Notes under the pieces: generated by a model
Database searches by the model: none
What the model was told of the DNA's origin: nothing
Seen by the model: only the letters and a program-made list of their open reading frames with translations
DNA from: Candidatus Zambryskiibacteriota bacterium
GTDB taxonomy: Bacteria > Patescibacteriota > Minisyncoccia > Phycocordibacterales > WO2-35-19
Assembly: GCA_048499675.1 (NCBI GenBank)
Contig: JASNZL010000003.1
Location: forward strand, 16,241 to 80,240
Reading direction: 5' to 3'
DNA: 64,000 bases
Shown here: positions 58,418-64,000 of the stretch, piece by piece
Numbering within the stretch: the stretch's first letter is position 1
How the letters are laid out: the number at the start of each line of letters is the position of its first letter
Position numbers and translations under genes: made by a program

Positions 58418-59224
58418 TTAAGGGAAAATATCCAAATTCTCTTGTTTCGCCCAGTTCTCTTGTGTGTGACCTCGTCTCTTAATGAAGCGAGCACACTCGG
58501 GATGCGGTATGAATGCGCTTACACAAATACCTCCCCTTTCGTAATCACCCAAAACCTCCCTGTGTACAAATGGATTAACTTTGCCTCCACTCGCCTCAAA
58601 AATCTGAAAACCCGGAAAAGCAATAATTTCGTTAGGCCCCTTCTTGAGCTTCTCCCAACTAACACCATTCCACTTTTCTGTTGTCACATTTCTAGTAAAG
58701 AGAACAACAGAGAGAAGACCGACATCAAAGTGTGGTCTTGAAGTGACGGCAGAGATGTTGTCGTTATATCTAACAAACCGTAGGGTCGTAAACTTTGAAT
58801 AGTCTTCGAGCTCATACCTCCTAAAACCAATTTCCTCATGCAAGGAAGCAATAATATCTGCGATTCTCTTACATAAAGATCTTGCTCTCGAGAAAAAGGC
58901 CTTTGCTTCTGGAAACTGCTTCAATAGATGATACTTTGAACCAGCAAGCAAAAACAATTCATTGGCCAAGTTGTAGTGGTAGACGATTCTTGGCATGGAA
59001 GTCCTGTCCTTTTGAAAAAAACCAGGATCCAGCCACGGGCTTCCAAATTCACTCAAATTGAAATCAACGAGTGAATTTACCTTCAGTTGCGAAAATGTCC
59101 TCCAAGCATCGAGAGCGTTTTCAACACTCTCAATCATTCTTGGATCCATTCTCACCCTTACTATTGGTTGTTCCGCAAGTCTGTGATGCAACATTAAATA
59201 ACCTCCTTCGGTACAATAACACAA
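58418..59224 (-). CDS. 2OG-Fe(II) oxygenase superfamily protein (GC-rich, likely acquired)
   Basis: RPHFDVGLLSVVLF (the H.D...L..L facial-triad segment), distal NPFVHREV (HRV-type) and RGGICVSAF (R.S). Confidence 0.5.
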   Translation of the reverse strand: MCYCTEGGYLMLHHRLAEQPIVRVRMDPRMIESVENALDAWRTFSQLKVNSLVDFNLSEFGSPWLDPGFFQKDRTSMPRIVYHYNLANELFLLAGSKYHLLKQFPEAKAFFSRARSLCKRIADIIASLHEEIGFRRYELEDYSKFTTLRFVRYNDNISAVTSRPHFDVGLLSVVLFTRNVTTEKWNGVSWEKLKKGPNEIIAFPGFQIFEASGGKVNPFVHREVLGDYERGGICVSAFIPHPECARFIKRRGHTQENWAKQENLDIFP

Positions 59225-59245
59225 TTATTTGAATTTTCAACTATT

Positions 59246-59299
59246 TAAAAAAGGATACACCCGCTGTTCATATGACTTTTGAACAGCGGGTGTTTTTTG
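59246..59299. terminator. Bidirectional intrinsic terminator
   Basis: aaaaaagg-atacacccgctgttca-tatgactt-ttgaacagcgggtgt-tttttg. Confidence 0.55.
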
Positions 59300-59304
59300 T
59301 GGAA

Positions 59305-59721
59305 TCAGGATTCGTAGTGAGAGGGGTCTGGAGGGACTCCATGCATAAAATCCCAATATGGAAGAGCAGTTCTTGACAAGAGCAACACGCGCCATTGGTC
59401 ACTCGTGACCAATATTGTACTAAAAAAGTAAGGGGATCGAGATATCTCAATATCCTCAATTCTACCTTTGGGACATACAGAAGAGAGAGATTGGAGGATA
59501 TCAATTTCTGAATATGGTGCACATCTCAACCAAACTTCGCCATTTTTTGCTATGACCAGTGTAGCCCCCAAACTATCATCATGCCACTTACCCCAAACAT
59601 CTTTTTTAAAATGTACAGATCTTTGTTTATCACCGGCTTTGTAAGGAAATCCGGTAATATGAATGAAACCGTGTTGCCTCAAATTCGAGACTTCGGCATC
59701 ACTAAGTGTTGTTATGTACAT
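59305..59721 (-). CDS. Hypothetical protein (138 aa) in the GC-rich patch
   Basis: No recognisable motif. Its own terminator follows. Confidence 0.35.
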   Translation of the reverse strand: MYITTLSDAEVSNLRQHGFIHITGFPYKAGDKQRSVHFKKDVWGKWHDDSLGATLVIAKNGEVWLRCAPYSEIDILQSLSSVCPKGRIEDIEISRSPYFFSTILVTSDQWRVLLLSRTALPYWDFMHGVPPDPSHYES

Positions 59722-59769
59722 GTTTTACTCCTGTAGACATTCTTCATACAAACACCAAAATGTCAATGC

Positions 59770-61474
<1,705 letters not shown>

Positions 61475-61551
61475 TTTTAATTAGTATATATACTATTAAT
61501 ATTTAAAATATATCACATTGCTATATTATTTAAAACAATTAAAATATACTT

Positions 61552-62658
61552 ATGACAGATCAAAACAATAGAGAGAAAGAACCAAGAACTTTATTAGAAA
61601 TTAAAGAGGTTTCAGAAAAAAGAGTTGCCGTAATAACAAACGAGTTTAAAAACGGCTTCGAGTTCATTAAAAACTACCCAAGGTCCGTTACTTTTTTTGG
61701 TTCAGCTAGAACAAAAGAAGGAGACGAATCCTATGAAAAAGCCAGGAGAATAGCGGGGAGAATTGTAACAGAACTTAGATATTCGGTACTAACAGGAGGT
61801 GGTCCCGGAATAATGGAAGCAGGAAATAGAGGAGCCTTTGAAGCAGGCGGTAATTCACTTGGTCTTAATATTGAATTACCAAATGAACAAGTTTCAAATC
61901 CCTATCTAACACATTCAATTGATTTTCATTATTTTTTTAGTAGAAAGGTTTGTCTCTCATACTCCGCTGAAGCTTATCTATTTTTCCCAGGAGGGTTTGG
62001 AACGTTGGACGAATTTTTGGAAATACTCACGCTAGTTCAAACAAACAAAATCCCAAAGACACCAATCATACTTGTGGGTGAAGAGTATTGGAATCCCCTC
62101 GCAGACTACTTCCAAAGTATGCTTTTGCAAAAGAACTTAATTAGTAATGATGATATAAATTTATACACAATTACTAATAATGAAGATCTGATACTAGACA
62201 TTGTCAAAAATGCTCCTGTGAGAATTGGTCTTGGTTTTAATGATTCAAAAAATCATTCAACAAATGACCCCCAAAAAGAGTCTACAAAAAATAATATTGT
62301 AGAAGGTCCTCTTTCTACCTTATCACAAAAACACTGTGTACCTTGTGAAGGAAAAATCCCGGCTCTGTCAAAAGAAAAAACCAACGAATTCCTGAAGGAG
62401 ATAGATAACAATTGGGAAATAAATGAAGATAAAGAGATTTTCAAAACTTATGAATTTTTTGATTTTAAAGAAGCGATGAACTTTATGAATGCAATCGGTA
62501 TACTATCAGAAAAAGAAGGACATCATCCAGATTTGAAAATACACGATTACAAAAAAGTAACAGTCCGAATATCTACACACGCAATAAACGGACTTACCGA
62601 AAATGATTTTATTTTAGCATCTAAAATTGATGCGATTCTACGTGACCGACAGTTTTAG
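61552..62658 (+). CDS. Fusion protein: LOG-family (TIGR00730) nucleotide-binding domain fused to a pterin-4a-carbinolamine dehydratase (PCD/DCoH) domain
   Basis: N-terminal VTFFGSARTKEGDESYEKARRIAGRIV...TGGGPGIMEAGNRGAFEAGG...PGGFGTLDEF is the LOG motif. C-terminal EGHHPDLKIHDYKKVTVRISTHA is the PCD signature. Confidence 0.7.
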   Translation: MTDQNNREKEPRTLLEIKEVSEKRVAVITNEFKNGFEFIKNYPRSVTFFGSARTKEGDESYEKARRIAGRIVTELRYSVLTGGGPGIMEAGNRGAFEAGGNSLGLNIELPNEQVSNPYLTHSIDFHYFFSRKVCLSYSAEAYLFFPGGFGTLDEFLEILTLVQTNKIPKTPIILVGEEYWNPLADYFQSMLLQKNLISNDDINLYTITNNEDLILDIVKNAPVRIGLGFNDSKNHSTNDPQKESTKNNIVEGPLSTLSQKHCVPCEGKIPALSKEKTNEFLKEIDNNWEINEDKEIFKTYEFFDFKEAMNFMNAIGILSEKEGHHPDLKIHDYKKVTVRISTHAINGLTENDFILASKIDAILRDRQF

Positions 62659-62820
62659 GTTTGGTTAAAATAAATTTCTACAAATAAAAACTATCTGCAC
62701 AGAATAGTGGGTTTGATGTTGTGACATAAACCTTAAATAAAAGGTTCAAATTCAATACTTTTTTATCCACACAAATGCTTGCAATTATTCTGTATTGTGG
62801 TATAATTAATTTAGAAAGGT

Positions 62821-63075
62821 ATGAGAATGGGCAAAAAACCCCCACTACCACTAGTGAGATTTGCTATGCTTATTGGTGATTCCGGTTCGCTCTCACGTAT
62901 GGGAACGGCCGGTACAATACGCAAAGAAGAACTCAAAGAACTCGACAAAAAGAGAAAAGCAAAAGAAGAAGAAAGAAGTCGAGCCAAGAAACTGGACAGA
63001 AAAACGTTTAAAAGACTTGCTGGCTCATGGAGCATGGCAAGACAAGCGAACGAACATATTTGTCCCATCGATTAA
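62821..63075 (+). CDS. Hypothetical Lys/Arg-rich small protein
   Basis: 84 aa. A terminator hairpin follows directly at 63075-63108. Confidence 0.35.
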   Translation: MRMGKKPPLPLVRFAMLIGDSGSLSRMGTAGTIRKEELKELDKKRKAKEEERSRAKKLDRKTFKRLAGSWSMARQANEHICPID

Positions 63076-63108
63076 GGAAAGACCAGAGCATACTTTCCTT
63101 TTTTGTTG
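63075..63108 (+). terminator. Intrinsic terminator
   Basis: aaggaaag-accagagcatac-tttcctt plus TTTTG. Confidence 0.5.
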
Positions 63109-63261
63109 TTAAAGGTGAGATATTATGGAAACTGAAGAACATTATCAAGACAGAAGAATTTGCTACTATAAATTAGTAGTATTTATAACCCGAACACATA
63201 CCACGATTTCCTCTCAAAAATAATTTTATATTCGCTTCAAAAATAGCAGATTAACAAGATA

Positions 63262-63486
63262 TTAGTGGTAATCGTTCTTCCTATATTTTATTGAATCAGC
63301 AATTCTTTTAGCTTCTTCAGGCTTAATCTGATTATTTTTAAGTAAGTAAATAAGCTGATTTAAGCTTGGTATTTCACTATCATTTGCACCCATTTGGTTC
63401 ACTTCTTGTTTAACTAATTCTATATGATCTACCGCCATTTTTACCTCTGGGCTAATTGTATTTTTTAAACGATTTATATTATCCAT
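63262..63486 (-). CDS. Hypothetical small protein
   Basis: 74 aa. No recognisable motif. Confidence 0.3.
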   Translation of the reverse strand: MDNINRLKNTISPEVKMAVDHIELVKQEVNQMGANDSEIPSLNQLIYLLKNNQIKPEEAKRIADSIKYRKNDYH

Positions 63487-63518
63487 ATTTATAATTTATA
63501 TCTCTTAAACTACGAAAA

Positions 63519-64000
63519 TCAAACCTTGAATTTCTCCATTATGATTTTTTCAACTTCTTCTTTTGGCTTTGCATATTTCATATACGACAACTCTTTTAGC
63601 AAATCTACTTTTTGATTGTCCCCTTGTGGAGGTGGTGGAACTTCTATATTGAATGGTTTTGCTGGTTTACCATTAACCAAAAGTCTTAAGTAAGCATTTC
63701 TGTTGTCTACATTCATCAAATCACTTGATGTAAAAGTTGGCGCAAAATGCTTTTCTAGATATTCACTATCTTCGGCACCAACTCTAAAAGCACAGAGAGA
63801 CCCAACGTTACCAAATACCGCATCTCTAATCCCCTCTTCTAGTTGTGCAATGAATTGATGTGCAATGGTTAGAGAAAGTTTATACTTGCGAGCTTCGGAA
63901 AGAATTGTAGAAATTGAATCTGTTGTAATATTTTGAAATTCGTCTATGTAGAGATAAAAAGGTGGTAAGTCTTTACCAAATGAATCCGTTCTAGAGAGAG
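63519..64000 (-). CDS. Partial (C-terminal part only, runs off the window) TraG/VirD4/TrwB-like or HerA/DUF87-like ATPase
   Basis: The open frame continues to the window edge. It reads ...DLPPFYLYIDEFQNITTDSISTILSEARKYKLSLTIAHQFIAQLEEGIRDAVFGNVGSLCAFRVGAEDSEYLEKHF, i.e. Walker B (hhhhDEFQN), then an RKY..SL..A.Q segment typical of coupling-protein/FtsK-HerA ATPases. Confidence 0.45.
   Translation of the reverse strand, partial: LSRTDSFGKDLPPFYLYIDEFQNITTDSISTILSEARKYKLSLTIAHQFIAQLEEGIRDAVFGNVGSLCAFRVGAEDSEYLEKHFAPTFTSSDLMNVDNRNAYLRLLVNGKPAKPFNIEVPPPPQGDNQKVDLLKELSYMKYAKPKEEVEKIIMEKFKV

Overview
The window is a low-GC (roughly 30-35% GC) bacterial chromosome segment. The gene content is consistent with a small-genome Patescibacteria/CPR-like organism, but that assignment is inference from content and composition only. 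Core housekeeping genes are present: S1, pth, lepB, rpsU, ybeY, ftsA-ftsZ, trxB, sppA, msrA/msrB, htpX, dnaB, recR, rplU, rmuC, a malic enzyme, truB, uvrB, tgt, an FKBP isomerase, and tRNA-Val and tRNA-Ser. Interleaved with these are clearly accessory, compositionally foreign segments. (1) 12.6-21.6 kb holds three GC-rich PEP-CTERM genes, two of which share an identical 131-bp 3' end plus terminator. It also holds a 1182-aa secreted protein, a decayed IS30 element with recognisable inverted repeats, an MBL hydrolase, and a frameshifted GIY-YIG gene abutting tRNA-Val. (2) 24.2-42.9 kb reads as a defence island. It starts with a GC-rich four-gene islet. A five-gene operon of unknown proteins follows (an ASCH-domain protein plus four of unknown function). 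Next is a Type I R-M system (hsdR/hsdS/hsdM). Nested in it are an RloA/RloB-like ATPase (AAA_21 with a Toprim/DUF4435 C-terminus) and an AbiEi/AbiEii pair. RadC, a T5orf172 protein, GrpB and a methyltransferase follow. The island ends at tRNA-Ser(GGA), which is followed by two degenerate partial copies of its own 3' end, read as att-site scars. (3) Two near-identical 224-bp inverted repeats (23952-24175 and 46797-47019) carry heptamer arrays and bracket a 22.6-kb segment that includes dnaB and recR. A third partial copy lies at 51.6 kb. (4) uvrA is a pseudogene whose decay is confined to about 460 bp, next to an intact uvrB. (5) There are three promoter-to-terminator non-coding units (about 2.0-2.25 kb, 48.25-48.6 kb and 52.55-52.89 kb). 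The last two are GC-rich and the last has a consensus sigma70 promoter; their identities are unresolved. All calls rest on reading the sequence and the translations. No database search was possible.
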